From Octopus sinensis (Eukaryota), in NCBI RefSeq assembly GCF_006345805.1, contig NC_043003.1, forward strand, positions 95,418,001-95,482,000: a stretch of DNA of 64,000 nucleotides. Direction: 5' to 3'. The translations under genes were made by a program, and so were the position numbers. The stretch's first letter is position 1, and every line of letters starts with the position of its first letter. Of the stretch, positions 33,644 to 47,500 are shown piece by piece. The notes beneath the pieces were generated by a model. It saw only the letters and a list, made by a program, of their open reading frames with translations. It made no database searches and was not told the DNA's origin.

Positions 33644-33652
33644 ATATATATC
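32957..33652. repeat. Compound minisatellite: 10 x GCAAACTTACATAGC separated by variable (TA)n
   Basis: Cores at about 33025, 33075, 33135, 33220, 33270, 33342, 33398, 33477 (GCCAAAC variant), 33541, 33598. Confidence 0.93.
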
Positions 33653-33689
33653 CTCAACAAGAACATATAATATATTTAGATTAGTTCTT

Positions 33690-34115
33690 TTCTTTCAAAG
33701 CTTTATTATTTCGTTAGAAGTGGGAAAATGCTTTGAAGTATTTGTTTCAAGTCTTTACATTTTAAGTTCAAATCCTACCGAGTTTAGTTTTGCCTTTCAT
33801 CATTTCAGAGTCGATGAAACAGTATACCAGTCATGTACTGGAGTCGATGTAATCAGTTAACTCCCTCCTACTAAAATTGCTGGCCTTGTACCAAAATTTG
33901 AAATATTACTATTATTATTGTTGTGAAGTCGACGAGATGGCAAAATCGTTAACACGCTGAGGAAAGTGTTTAACGGCATTTCGTCCGTTTTACATTCTGA
34001 GTTCCAATTCCGTCAGCATTGACTTTACTTTGCATCCTCGCGGGGTCGATGTAATCATTTTATCCCTTCCCTGAAATTACTGGCCTTGTGTCAAAAATTG
34101 AAACCATTTTTATTA
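33690..34115 (+). mobile_element. Two degenerate SINE family A copies
   Basis: GAGTTC.AAT.C..C...GCCTTTCATC...GGGGTCGATGTAATC..GCTGGCCTTGT occurs twice. Confidence 0.7.
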
Positions 34116-34993
34116 TTATTCTCGATATGCGATTTAAATTCTATTCAAAAAAAAAAAATGGTCTAACCAATATTTTTTTCCTGGGTAGTTAATATATTAC
34201 AGTTATTTCACTAGTTGAATTTTCGTTTGATACTAGTTTAATATCAACCTGTTGGATGTTGCTTTTCTTTCTTTCTTTTTTAAATCCCATTTAAAGCGCG
34301 CGATTGATACTTTATTTTAATTGGATAATTTATTTTAATTTATTCTCAAACTTCACCCCTAACATTGGATAATCATCTACGAAAATCGTTGTAGAACTGA
34401 ATCAGCAAAAAAATCTCGTATTTCAGTTACTCTTGTAAGATGCTGGCCCAGTTTTTCAAAAATTCAGTTTCTTAAAACGGTTTCTTTGTTTCCTTCTCTC
34501 CCCCACCACCACTACATCGATTCCTTTCTTTAAGTTACGTGATATTATATCAGCCGCCTGTTTTATATCAGTCTAGTAGAGTTGTATTTTTATTTGCTTT
34601 AGACAAAGGTAATTTCTATTAATTATATATATATATTGCCTAGTCTATTATTTAACTAGTTGCTCCTTGACATCTTAAAATATACGCGTTCTCGGTGTGT
34701 ATTGATTCTATAACGATTGTGTTGAAATTGGATCTATGCAGACACTTTCATTTAACTGAAAAGTAATGCGTTTATGAGAGGGATAACTTTTTCTAATTAA
34801 TCGATATCAAGACTATATTAAAATCACCTATTGAATTCTTTAAATTTTGTTTCTGTGTAAAAAGTAAAATCATGTTCCTGTATTTTAAGTACATTGTCTA
34901 TGATTTGTGTATTATGTGTCTTGTATGTTTGTTTCTTTTAATTGTAGCTTTATCGTGTTACTGTTTTTAATTAAGTGATTATTCTTTGCAGCG

Positions 34994-35596
34994 ATGGAAA
35001 GTCCCGAGGCCGCCGTCACAACAACTAAAAAACATAAAAAGATCCGCCGCCACTCCACTCGTCTCGATGTTCAATCACAAAGTCTGCGTCGTCCACCCGA
35101 AGGAGACAGCATTATACAGAAAGAGCCTATGAAGCTTGCTCAACCGTCAATGCCAGCGCCCAAGAAAAAGATCGACAAAGCTGCAAACGCCAAGAAACGT
35201 AAACACAAAAACGTTAGTTCAGATAGCGGTCTGGAGACTGCAAACGAAGAAGGAAATGCCAAAAAATCTAAAAATGACACAAGGTCTGATTTTCTCACTT
35301 CTCTTGGACCACTTAACGACATCAGTTCGATACATCCAGTTCTGGATAATACATTAGATAGTACTTTCTCGAAAAAATCTAAGAGTAAATTAGATGTAAC
35401 TTGGGAGAAGGCTGTCTGTAGTGCACGAGGCCAACCAGATGGGGCTGAACTATCGATGAGGATTCAAAAGATGGCAGCTAAGACCCCACAATGTTCTGTT
35501 ATTGAAGAACATGACGAAAATGATCAGCCAAGTGAAAGATGTGAAGAACAGACTGCAGAGGTGAAAAAGATGGAAAAGAAAACAAAATCTTTAAAA
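34994..35596 (+). CDS. PUM3: PUM3 coding exon 1, Lys/Ser-rich low-complexity N-terminus (201 codons)
   Basis: Only long non-repeat ORF; TTTGCAG acceptor 2 nt before ATG implies an upstream UTR exon; AAA|GTAAGA donor in phase with the next exon. Weakly conserved, so assigned by splicing continuity. Confidence 0.8.
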
Positions 35597-38500
35597 GTAA
35601 GATTTTCATTTGTTTTTATCATTTTTCTTTAATAATTTCAGGACTCAGGCGTTTAGATAAATGAAAATACATAAAATAGATAGAAATGTCTATGAAACTG
35701 GATTGAATTCACCTTTATTGAACTTGCTATAAATAGAAATGAAATCACCATGGAATTTTGTCCTATCATCTTAAAGACACATAAGAAAATATAGTCCTAG
35801 ATAGACAATGCCTGGAAAGAAAGGCTCGTCATTGATTTAATACCTTTAATCATAAGTCATTTGTTCAGTCATGAACAACTAGATTGTAATGATCAAAGTG
35901 GTTTCATTACTATGTTGTACTGTTATTATCTCCTTCATAAAAATCAAATCGAAATCAATCAACATCAATGGAATTTGTAGTTTGTGGTACCAGCGCCGGT
36001 GGCACATAAGAGAACCATCCGAACGTGGCTGTAGCCAGCACCTCATTGACTGGCCTACGTGCAGGTGGCACGTAACAAACACCATCCGATCGTGGCCGTT
36101 GCCAGCCTCACCTGGCCTCCATGCCGGTGGCACATAAAAAGCACCATCCGAGCATGGCCGTTCGCCAGCCTCATCTGGCACCTGTGTTGGTGGCACATAA
36201 AAAGCACCCACTACACTCACGGAGTGGTTGGCATTAGGAAGGGCATCCAGCTGTAGAAACTCTGCCAGATCAAGACTGGAGCCTGGTGCAGCCTTTGGGC
36301 TTTTCAGACCCCAGTTGAACCGTCCAACCCATGCTAGCATGGAAAACGGACGTTAAACGATGATGATGTTGAGAGCATAGATGACAGGCTCCTGAACAAC
36401 AACATGAAGAGACCAGTTGCAGTTGACACCCTGTCACCAGTAATGTATTGTATGCATAACAGACATTTAAAGGCAGGGTAGGAACAATTTACCATTGTAA
36501 GCAGCATCATGAAATTGATTGAGTATTTTAGATGGCCTATGGTACTGAGTTTGATGCTGTTCCTGTTGATCTTACCTGTAATAGGTTTGCCTCCAGGTAA
36601 AGGAACTTATCTCATCTGCTTACATAGAAACTGGGAATATGAGGAGGCACAAGTCTAATAGATTATGTAGGTTTGTGAAATAACATTCACTTCATTGATT
36701 CACTAGATTTGGAGTGTACTGAAAGTGATAAATTCACAGGCATGGCTGTGTGGTTAAGAAGTTTGCTTCCCGACCATGTGGTTTTAGGTTCAGTCCCAGT
36801 ATGCAGCACCTTGTGCAAGTGTCCACTGCTCTAGCTTCAGACCAACCAAAGCCTTGCGAGCAAATTTGGAAGACAAATGGAAAAGAAGCCTGTTGTATTG
36901 GACACTTGTTCCTGCCCTCTTTCTTGTTAACTCTCTCTGGGTAACCATGTACCTCCTCTACAGCAAGATACCTGTTACTGTCTCTCTCTGTCTCATTATA
37001 ACCTTTCATCATCTGATACAAGATCACCTCCTCCTCTACTCTCAGAGATCCTTGCTTGCAAGCTACTTGGGGACCCTTCCAGTGCTTGTGTCACTTAAAA
37101 AACATCCATTCCACAATGTGAAGTGGCTGGCATTTGGAAGGGCATCCAACTGTAAAAACCATGCCAAAACTAACCTCATCTGTACTGGTGCCATGTAAAA
37201 AGCATTTAGTCCACTCTGTATGGTGATTGGTGTGAGGAAATCCATCCAGTTGTAAAAACCATGCCTAAACAGACACAGAAGTGTGGTGCAGTCTTCTGTC
37301 TGGTCAGCTCCTATCAAACTGTCCAACCCATGCCAGCATGGAAGGTGGATGTTAAACGATGATGATGTGTGTTTGCTTGTTTACATTTGCATTCACTTAC
37401 TTGAAAGTCACAGCATCAGTGCTGTAAGCACTTTTGTCTATAACTAATCTACTTGTTTTGCGTCTTTGAAATCAGGTGAAATTAGGAGATCCATTGCTTG
37501 AAAAGTAAGTGTTAAGAAATGTAATCTGGCTGTAAAGCAGTACCTTAATAACATATTTTACCAAACTCATGCTCACATGGAAATAAGAACAGACAATATT
37601 TTTTAAACAAAACACCAACATCAAATGAAAATTGAATGGAAATAGTAGTTAAGACACCCGTGCCGGTGACACATTAACAGAAAAGCACCGTCCGAACATG
37701 GCAGATACCAGCACCGCCTGACTGGCATCCATGTCGGTGACACGTAAAAGCGCCAGCCTCCTCTGGCCCCTCTGCCTGTGGCACGTAAAAAGCACCCACT
37801 ACACACACGGAGTGGTTGGCATTAGGAAGGGCTTCCAGCTGTAGAAACACTGCCAGATCAGACTGGTGCCTGGTGCAGCCTCCTGGCTTCCCAGACCCCG
37901 GTCGAACCGTCCAACCCATGCTAGCATGGGAAACGGACGTTAAACGACGATGATGATGATGGTGATGAATATATTTTTAAGCAAGTGTCTGCTGCTGTAG
38001 CTCCAGACCAACCAAAACCTTGTGAGCAGATTTGCAAGACAGAAATGGAAAAGAAGCTTGTTGTGTAGCACACCTGTTCCTGCTCTCTTGTTATCTCTCT
38101 CTGTCTCGCTATATAACCTTTCAATATCTGATGCAAGATCACCTCCCACAATGCCCCCCATCCTTCTCAGATTCCTTGCCTTGCAAGTTACTTGGTGACC
38201 CTTCGAGTGCTCATGCCGCTTAAAAAGCATCCTTATCAAATGTTGTCTTGTTTTCAGTTTATGTTTACAAATTCTTAATTTGTTCTCTACCTCAGGTGAA
38301 AGTTAAGGGAGCAATGAAAAAGTTGAAGAAACTGAAAGACAGTAAATCACTTCCAGCTAAACTGAAAGGAAATAAGTTGAAAAATAAATTGACAAGTAAA
38401 GAAGCAGCTGGTGGTAAGTGGTCTTCAGATGCCTATTTTTTTCCTTTGAATTTTATTAAGAATTAAACAGTACCTTCATGTGACATATACAGTTTCGAAA

Positions 38501-41500
38501 TACAAGCAAAACAGACTTTGCCAAAACCACTGCATTATTTTGGTCACAGTTTACTCTTTTACTTGTTTCAGTCATTTGACTGTGGCCATGCGGGAGCACT
38601 GCCTTTAGTCAAGCAAATTGACCCCAGGACTTATTCTTTGCAAGCCTAGTACTTATTCTATTGGTCTCTTTTGCTGTATCGCTAAGTTATGGGGACGCAA
38701 GCACACCAGCATCGGTTGTCAAGCGATGTTGGGGGGGACAAACACGGACGGACACACACACACACATACATATATACGTTGGGCTTCTTTCAGTTTCCGT
38801 CTACCAAATCCACTCACAAGGCTTGGTAGGCCTGAGGCTATAGTAGAAGACACTTGCCCAAGGTGCCACGCAGTGGGACTGAACCCGGAACCATGTGGTT
38901 GGTAAGCAAGCTACTTACCACACAGCCACTCTTTATATTTTTGACACTAAAATTCATACATAGTTTATTTCTAATGAAATACACTGTGTATTAAATGTGG
39001 TGGGTTTTAACAAAATACCAAAAAGGCACATGCATGACTATATGGTTACCAGGTTTGCTTTGCAACCACGTAGTTTCAGTTTCAGTCCCACTATGTAGCA
39101 CCTTTTACTACAGTCCTGGCTGGTGCTTTGTGAGTAAATTTGGTTAGTGGAAACTACAAAGCCTGTCGCATACAGATGTGGGTGTTGATATTCTGTGCTG
39201 AGCTACAGACAGTAAAGTTAGTTGACATTTCCCTGTCAACAAGCCATCCTGAAGCTCTCTACCTTCATTGATAGTTTTCTTGAAAAACAGCTAACACTTA
39301 ACAAGAGGAAGGACATTTCCATCTGTAATTCATCCTTTCAGGGTCACTAAAAAAATGTAATTAGTCACCCACTGGTTTCAATGTAATTGATTTTTCCTCT
39401 GTCTTCAAAATTTCTGGTCTGGTGTTAAAAATTAGAATTATTAAGCTGTTGTTTATCAAATCTTCCTTACATGAAATTATAATGAAAAGTTTTGATTTAG
39501 ATATGAACTTTTTAGAATGATACATTTGTAGCATAATCTAGAATGATGTTAGACCTGTTAAAGCTGAAGTTGAAATATAGGATATATATTTTCCCTTTTT
39601 TTTTTTTGTGATAGCTTTCATCACTCTTCAGTGTATCTACCATTTGAACTCTGAGCAAATTATCATTTAACATCTGTTTTTCATGCTAGCATGGGTTAGA
39701 CAGTTTGACTGGAACTGGCACACCAGAGATCTGCACCAGGCTCCCGTCTGTTTTGGCTTGGTTTCTATGACTGGATGCCCTTCCTAATACCAACTATTGG
39801 GCATCTTTTACATGTCTCCAGCTCTAGCCACAATGATTTCACTTAGCTTGACATGTCTTCTCAAGCACAGCAAATTGCCAGAAGTCTAGGTCACTTGTCA
39901 TCGCCTCTGTAAGACTCAACAACCAACGATCATATTTCACCACCTCATCCCACATCTTTCTGGGTCTATTGCTTCCACAGATAGAAATCAGCACTTCTTT
40001 ATGCAGCTTTTCTCATCCATATGCATCACATTACCATACCAGCACAGTCTTCTCTTGCACACTACATCTGATGCTTCTAATACCCAATTTTTCTCTTAAG
40101 ACATTTACACTCTATCATATGTGCACACTGGTATTACACAACCTGTGGAGCGTGCTAGCTTAATTTCTTTCAAGCCTTCGCATGTGCTCTAAAGTCACAG
40201 CCCATGTTTCACTGATTATAATCAAAATAGTTTGATCTCTATACTCATTTTCATAAAGAACTGTAACCAAAGATATCCTAAAAGATTCTTTAGAGATATA
40301 TTAATTCCTGAGAAAACTTTCTAAGCCAAGTGTAATCCTGATTATAACTTTTGCAATCTTTCAACTTGTCTTCAATACACTACCTGATATAATTTATTTC
40401 TTATGACTTTCAACTTTGCCTTTCAACCTTTCAAAGGTCACTAAAAAAAAGTACTAATCTAGACTGATGGATTAACAGAACTATAAGAACAATGGATCTG
40501 TAAGAACTGATCTGGCTCTGTGTTCTAAGTTCAAATCTTGCAAATTAGCCTTCTTGGGTGGGTAACTCAAGCTGTTGTCAGATATAAATACTCTTTCATT
40601 TGCTACCTTGGATTCTGCTGCTTGTATTCAGGCAAGATTCCTGGTTTGAAGATATTTCCTTCCCTCCATCCTGCTAGCCTTAAAGGCCTTCGAAAGAGTA
40701 GTAGGTTCCACCTCTTCTGACTATAAGATGATTAAAAATATAAACCAGACGAGTTTTGAATGTTATAGCCTACAGATACTTTATTTTACCACAGTAGTTG
40801 TTTTATCACAGGAAGGTATCTCCACCCTTCTTCCTTCAAAGAAAATCACAAAAATGAATTTGATAAGTACTAATTTTGCTACTGAGTTAATAAGAAATAT
40901 CTAATGTTCTTGTTTTATTGTATTTTAATCTGTGTTACTTCGTGTTTCTAATATTTTACGCTTCTCTCTTTGTAATAGATGCAAAACGAACAAAAAAAGC
41001 TAATAAAAATGCGAAAGAGGAAATAAAGGATTTTAAAAAGTTGAGGAATAATTATGCCCTGCTCCAAAGTTCAAAAAGAATTTGGGAAGAACTGAGAAAG
41101 TAAGAATATTTTTCTGTGTTTATTTCTTGGAATTTTGTAATTACGTTGTGCAAAGTGGAAGTGTGTTCTTTAAGATCCAGTTAAAAATTCAATTCTTCTT
41201 GTTATGAATCTATAATGTCGTATTCTTAATAGCTAAGCTAAAGCAGTACAATCTAATCAGGATCCACAGGACCAGTGCATGTTGTTGGGGATTTTTGTTT
41301 TTTTTCTCTCTCTTTTGTCTTGTGACATTTAGCAAATGGGAGGAACCTCTCCTCTTTGAAAGACACTGGTATATTGCAGTTTTTTTTTTTATGGTGAGCA
41401 GGAATTTAATTTACCACTTTTGGTATCTTTGAGGAAAGCTCTATGTTGTACAACTTGCTAGCAAAAGCAACCAAATCATTTGCAAAATACTCCCTACTAT

Positions 41501-44500
41501 CTTAAATACAGAAGGACATGTTAGATAATGCAATCCTATACATATTCCTTAAAAAGACAGGATGGTCATTGCTGGAACGTCTTTGACCATAAAGTCTGTT
41601 CAGTCAACATTTATCTACATTTATAGAACTTGAAACAAAATGTATTTAGCTTTTAAGTACCATTATGGCCACATATACTGAGGGTGCTGGTGACCGAATA
41701 CAACCTGACTACTTGTCTGCTGTTCTCTAACAAAAATAGTGGTGGAAAAATGAGAGTTTAGAAATATATACTTTTTATAGAATTTCATAAACAGCTAAGT
41801 TTATTCAAACTAACGCAACTTATCCATGGCACATGGGGGGGGGGGGATACATATTTGTTTCCAAGTGAATAACTTTTATACATAGCTACATTCTCACATT
41901 TACTGTAAGCAGTAGGAGTACTACATCAATTACAATTGTTTTGCGAGCTTGCTGAACTTACTTTTCAACTGTTAAAAATTAGTACAACTAGCCTACTCTC
42001 CTGAACATTACAATATCTTATGGCTATGGAAAACCACTATGATTGAAACAACCATAATATTTGAAAGATTTATGCTCACAATTTGATTATTTATAAAGCA
42101 ACTGTTCAAAAAGGTAAAATTGATGGATGTTTAAGGAGATAACTAACAAGAGTGTAGGCATCATTTACTTCAGGTTTTTTTCTTAAAAATTTCTAATTTG
42201 ATTATTTCTGATCCTCTATCCTAAAAGTTATCCAATGCTGATGCTGTGATACTATACAAAACATTATCTTGCCTTGTCTTATTTAATACAACTGAAAATA
42301 GGTGGTGAAATGTCTAATGTTAGAACATCAGATTTGTTTTGAGCTTCTGCTTTCAGAGTTCAAATCCTATTGAGGTCAACTTCACCTTTTATGCTTTTGC
42401 AGGGTGGATAAAAAAAAGTACCAATCCATAGCAGTGAACTGGTAAGTTTTGGGCCAGATCTCCAGTTCAAGGTACCTTCCTGTTAACCCCTGTAATGGGT
42501 TGTTGGGCACTGTCTTCTTCACTCTCTTACTCTTTTACTTGTTTCAGTCATTTGACTGCGGCCATGCTGGAGCACCGCCTTTAGTCGAGCAAATCGACCC
42601 CGGGACTTATTCTTTGTAAGCCCAGTACTTATTCTATCGGTCTCTTTTGTCGAACCGCTAAGTGACGGGGACGTAAACACACCAGCATCGGTTGTCAAGC
42701 AATGCTAGGGGGGCAAACACATACACACACATATATACGACAGGCTTCTTTCAGTTTCCGTCTACCAAATCCACTCACAAGGCATTGGTCGGCCCGGGGC
42801 TATAGCAGAAGACACTTGCCCAAGATGCCATGCAGTGGGACTGAACCCGGAACCATGTGGTTGGTTAGCAAGCTATTTACCACACAGCCACTCCTGAGCC
42901 TAAAAGATAAAAAAAAAATTGCATGTTAATTTCACTTGCAGGTTGTTCCATTGTTCAAATCACCTGAAAAACTCATAATTGACAGAGTCAGTTATGACAG
43001 CGGCCACTATCCAAATTATGCTGACATGGAACTCTTAATGTAAACTTGTAGAGTTAATTAAACTAAATGCCAATAATATCTATGTGTATAATATATATCT
43101 CGGTATAGTGGAAATTTGTCATGTCTTTTTTAAATGTCCAAGAATTTGTGTTCTTTAGTAATATGTAATGGTTTTTTTTTTCACAGACATGACTTGACTG
43201 TTGATAAGCGAGTCAAACTTTGCAATGACCTTATGGATATATCAAAAGGCAAAACACAAATGGTGAGTTAACTGTATTTGTTACAAGTATTTCCTTTATT
43301 GTCTAAATTTTTTCCTGTCACTTTGGGAGTGGGTAAGGAGACTGTTACAGGCTATGTGAAAAAGAAATGTAATAGAAAACAATAGAAAAACTTTCTCACA
43401 TAGGTACATAATGGTTTGTTTTTTTTCTTCAGGTATTGGTTGTGCTGTTAGTTGTACGATATACATTCAAATATTGGCCATACTATTTTTTTTTACATCT
43501 TTAGTTAAATAATTATTGTGTGGCTAAAAAGTTCACTTGTCAATTACATAATTTTAGGTACAATCCCATTGTATGTACATATGGCAAGTATTTTTACCCT
43601 AACCTCAGGTCAGATAAAGTCAATGAGTGTGCCAGCCTATTCTTGTACATTTGTAGATTCTTGTGGAGACCATAACAGAGGCAAATAAGTTAGACGCTGT
43701 CTGAAGACCGTTCTAATAGGCATCAACATGGCTGCATAGTTGAGACATTTACTTCCAAACCACGTGGTTTCCAGTTCAGTCCCATTACATGACATCTTGG
43801 GCTATAGTACTGGGCTGACCAAAGCTGTGTGAGTGGATTTGGTAGTTGGAACCTTTAAGAAGCCCATTTTGTGTGTGTGTGTGTATCAGAAAAGGGTCCA
43901 AGGTCTTTCCCAAACCATAGGCTCATAAGGTTGGTTTCACAGATTCTGTGGCATATATAATGCTCACCTGGATAGGACACCAATCTGTCGCGGGATTATT
44001 CGCTTTTGCCAGTTGAATGGACTGAAGTAATATGAAGTGAAGTGTTTTTCTCCAGAACACAACTCATCACCTAGTCCAGGAATTGAAACCACAATCTGAC
44101 GATCATGAATGCAACACCTTAACCACTGAGCCACACACATGTGTGTATGTATGTTATTGTCTCCTTGCATTGATAATTCATGATAGGTATAAGCATGTGT
44201 CACTCTCATACAAGTGATGTCCTTTGTTTCCAATCTTTCAAGACAGGTTTGGTCGTTGGGAAACAGGCAAAGGTTGATGACAGTAAAGGCATCCCACCAA
44301 ACAAATTCAGTCTGATCCACACAAGTATATAAAAGTGGGCACTAAACAATGATGGTGATGATGATGACTATTACTACATGATAAATAAAGCAGCGGGGGC
44401 GGGTGTGCTGAAAGTGTAACTGCTAGAGTAAGAATAGCTTGGGCAAAGTTCAGAGAGCTCTTACCTCTGCTGGTGACAAAGGGCCTCTCGCACAGAGTGA

Positions 44501-47500
44501 AAGGCAGACTGTATGATGCGTGTGTACGAACAGCCATGCTACATGGCAGTGAAACATGGGCCGTGACTGCTGAGGATATGCGTAAGCTCGCAAGAAATGA
44601 AGCCAGTATGCTCCGATGGATGTGTAATGTCAGTGTTCATAATCGACAGAGTGTAAGTACCTTGAGAGAAAAGCTGGACCTAAGAAGCATTAGTTGTGGT
44701 GTGCAAGAGAGACGATTGCGCTGGTATGGTCATGTGGCGAGAATGGATGAAGATAGTTGTGTGAAAAAGTGCCACACCCTAGCGGTTGAGGGAACCTGTG
44801 GAAGAGGCAGACTCAGGAAAACCTGGGACGAGGTGGTGAAGCACGACCTTCGAACTCTAGGTCTCACTGAGGAAATGACTAGAGACCGAGTCCTCTGGAA
44901 GTGTGCTGTGCGCGAGAAGACCCAGCAGGACAAGTGAGTCCATAACCCGTGGCCTTCTACTTGGGATGGAGCCAGCCTACGTATGCATACCTTCCCTTCT
45001 TGGGACATAAAACTCTACTTGTGAAGACCTGTTGAGGCAAGTGAGGATCAGAATCGAAATCGATCAATGGAAATTGCAGATGTGTTACCAGTGCCGGTGG
45101 CATGTCGAAACTCTACTTGTGAAGACCCGTTGAGGCAAGTGAGGATCAGAATGGAAATCGATCAATGGAAATTGCAGATGTGTTACCAGTGCCGGTGGCA
45201 TGTCGAAACTCTACTTGTGAAGACCCGTTGAGGCAAGTGAGGATCAGAATGGAAATCGATCAATGGAAATTGCAGATGTGTTACTAGTGCCGGTGGCATG
45301 TAAGAGAACCTTCCGTTTTCGCGACCATTGCCAGCACCGCCCCGTTTCGTGTCCGTTGCCAGCCTCGCCTGGCCCTTGTGCCGGTGGCACATAAAAAGCA
45401 CCATCCGTTCGTGGCCGTTTGCCAGCTCTGTCTGGCACCTGTGCGGGTGGCACGTAAAAAGCACCCACTACACTCACGGAGTGGTTGGTGTTAGGAAGGG
45501 CATCCAGCCGTAGAAACACTGCCAGATTTGACTGGGCCTGATGAAGCCTTCTGGCTTCACAGACCCCAGTAGAACCGTCCAACCCATGCTAGCATGGAAA
45601 ACGGACGCTAAACGACGATGATGATGAAATGTCATACTAATTTGTAGAACTTCAGTTTATTTTCGTTGCTATCTATATTTCATCTAGCTACTCATTAAAA
45701 TGTTTATTTACTTTGAGTAATTTCTTCTATTTCAGATGGCCTTCACTCATGATGGTGCCCGAGTATTACAGTGTCTTATTCAATTTGGAAACATGGAACA
45801 GAGAGCTACCCTGTTTGATGAACTAAAACGTATGTCATTTATTAGATACATGATAGAATCAATTATTTTATTTCTCTCTTCCCCTCTCTCCAAAGAACTA
45901 TATTTGCAGTTAGGAAAGGAAAATGATAACATAAAATGGTAAAGAATGCTGTTTATTCCTTATTTATTAACAGCTTTCAGATTTATTAAGAAATTGGTAG
46001 AAGAACACAAAAAACAGAACATACATATTATTCTTAAATATGACATCTGACTGTTTCCACCCCCATCTACCTCTCACCTTTCCCCACATTCTTGCAACTG
46101 TACCCATCCCTCGGTGGATGACTCGGTGGTTAGAGCATCGAGATCAATCATGAGGTAGTGAGTTTGATTCCTGGACTGGGCTTTGTGTTGTGTTCTTGTG
46201 CAAGACACTTCATTTCGTGTTGCTTCAGGTCACTGGTGCCAAGCTGTATCGGCTTTTGCCCGGTGGCATGGAGATGGGAGGCTGGATTGCAAAGGTGACT
46301 GCTGGTTTTTCATGAACGACATTACCTGGACTTGTGCCTTGGAGAGTAACTTTCTAGGTGCAATCCATAATCATTCATGACTGAAGGGTTTCCTACTATC
46401 ACATAATATCAAGGCAAGGAGACAAACACACATTTCTATTTAATGAGACAAAGCACTTCTAATTAGTTTGAAACAGAAATTCCTTAAGTGCTTTAGTTGA
46501 CTTTACATCTCTCTCTTACACTTGATTTATTTTCTTATGTATGTGTATATATATATATGTATATATATGTATGTGTGTGTTAAAAGCACATCCAAACGTG
46601 TGGTGTAACTGGCCCACTTATGAGTACTCCTCATTCATTGGACAATGAACTTTGCTCACGAAGACCTGTTGAGGCAAGTGTAAACAAATCAAAATCGCTG
46701 ATGTGGCCAATGATGGTACCGCCTGATTAGCACTTGTGCCAGTGGAACGTTAAATCACATCTGAGCGCGATCATTACCAGGGCCACGTGAAAAGCACCAT
46801 TTGAGCTTGATCATTGCCAGTGTTGCCTTACCGGCACGTGCCAGTGGCATGTGAAAAACAACCTTCGAGTGTGGTCGTTGCCAGTGCCACTGGACTGGCT
46901 CCCATGCAGGTAGCACGTAAAAGCACTTTTTGAGCGTGGTCGTTTCCAGAACTGCCTGACTGGCCCTTGTGCCACTGACACATAAAAGCACCCGCTACAC
47001 TCTCGGAGTGGTTGGCATTAGGAAGGGCATCCAGCTGTAGAAACTTTGCCAGATTAGATTGAGCCTGGTGCAGCCTCTGGCTCACCAGTCTTCAGTCAAA
47101 CTGTCCAACCCATGCCAGCATGGAAAGCGGACATTAAACAATAGCTCCATGTCTTTCTATTTCAACTTTTGAAGATCAAAGAAATCTGTGAAACTGGTTA
47201 AGTCTTTAAAAATTTTTTAATAAAAAATCTTAAACAAATACCAGTTTCAACTTATATTCAAATATGTGTATGTATTTATATTGTCATCTTTTCCTATCAA
47301 CTTATTCTTTACTTTACAATTTCATTCTCTAGATAAAGTTGTTGAGATGGTCGAGTCAAAATATGCAAAATTCATTGTCCGAAAATTTCTTAGTTATGGG
47401 TAAGTTGATTGCACTCATATATTCTCTTTCTTTCCAATATATTTTTTGCTCAAAATTATTACATATGTTCATATTCAGTAAAACTTAGAAAACCAAGATG

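Noticed and set aside
32957-33652. CRISPR-like repeat-spacer appearance
   Set aside because: Eukaryotic context, spacers are plain (TA)n, and there are no cas genes; kept as a minisatellite.
34603-34608. 6-nt micro-exon TTTAG|ACAAAG|GTAATT upstream of PUM3
   Set aside because: Plausible donor of a 5'UTR exon, but the acceptor could be chance in T-rich DNA; needs transcript data.
35136-35357. Overlapping alternative-frame and antisense ORFs on PUM3 and AK3 exons (e.g. 35140-35322, 60800-61042, 62385-62633)
   Set aside because: Shadows of real exons; short, with no independent motifs.
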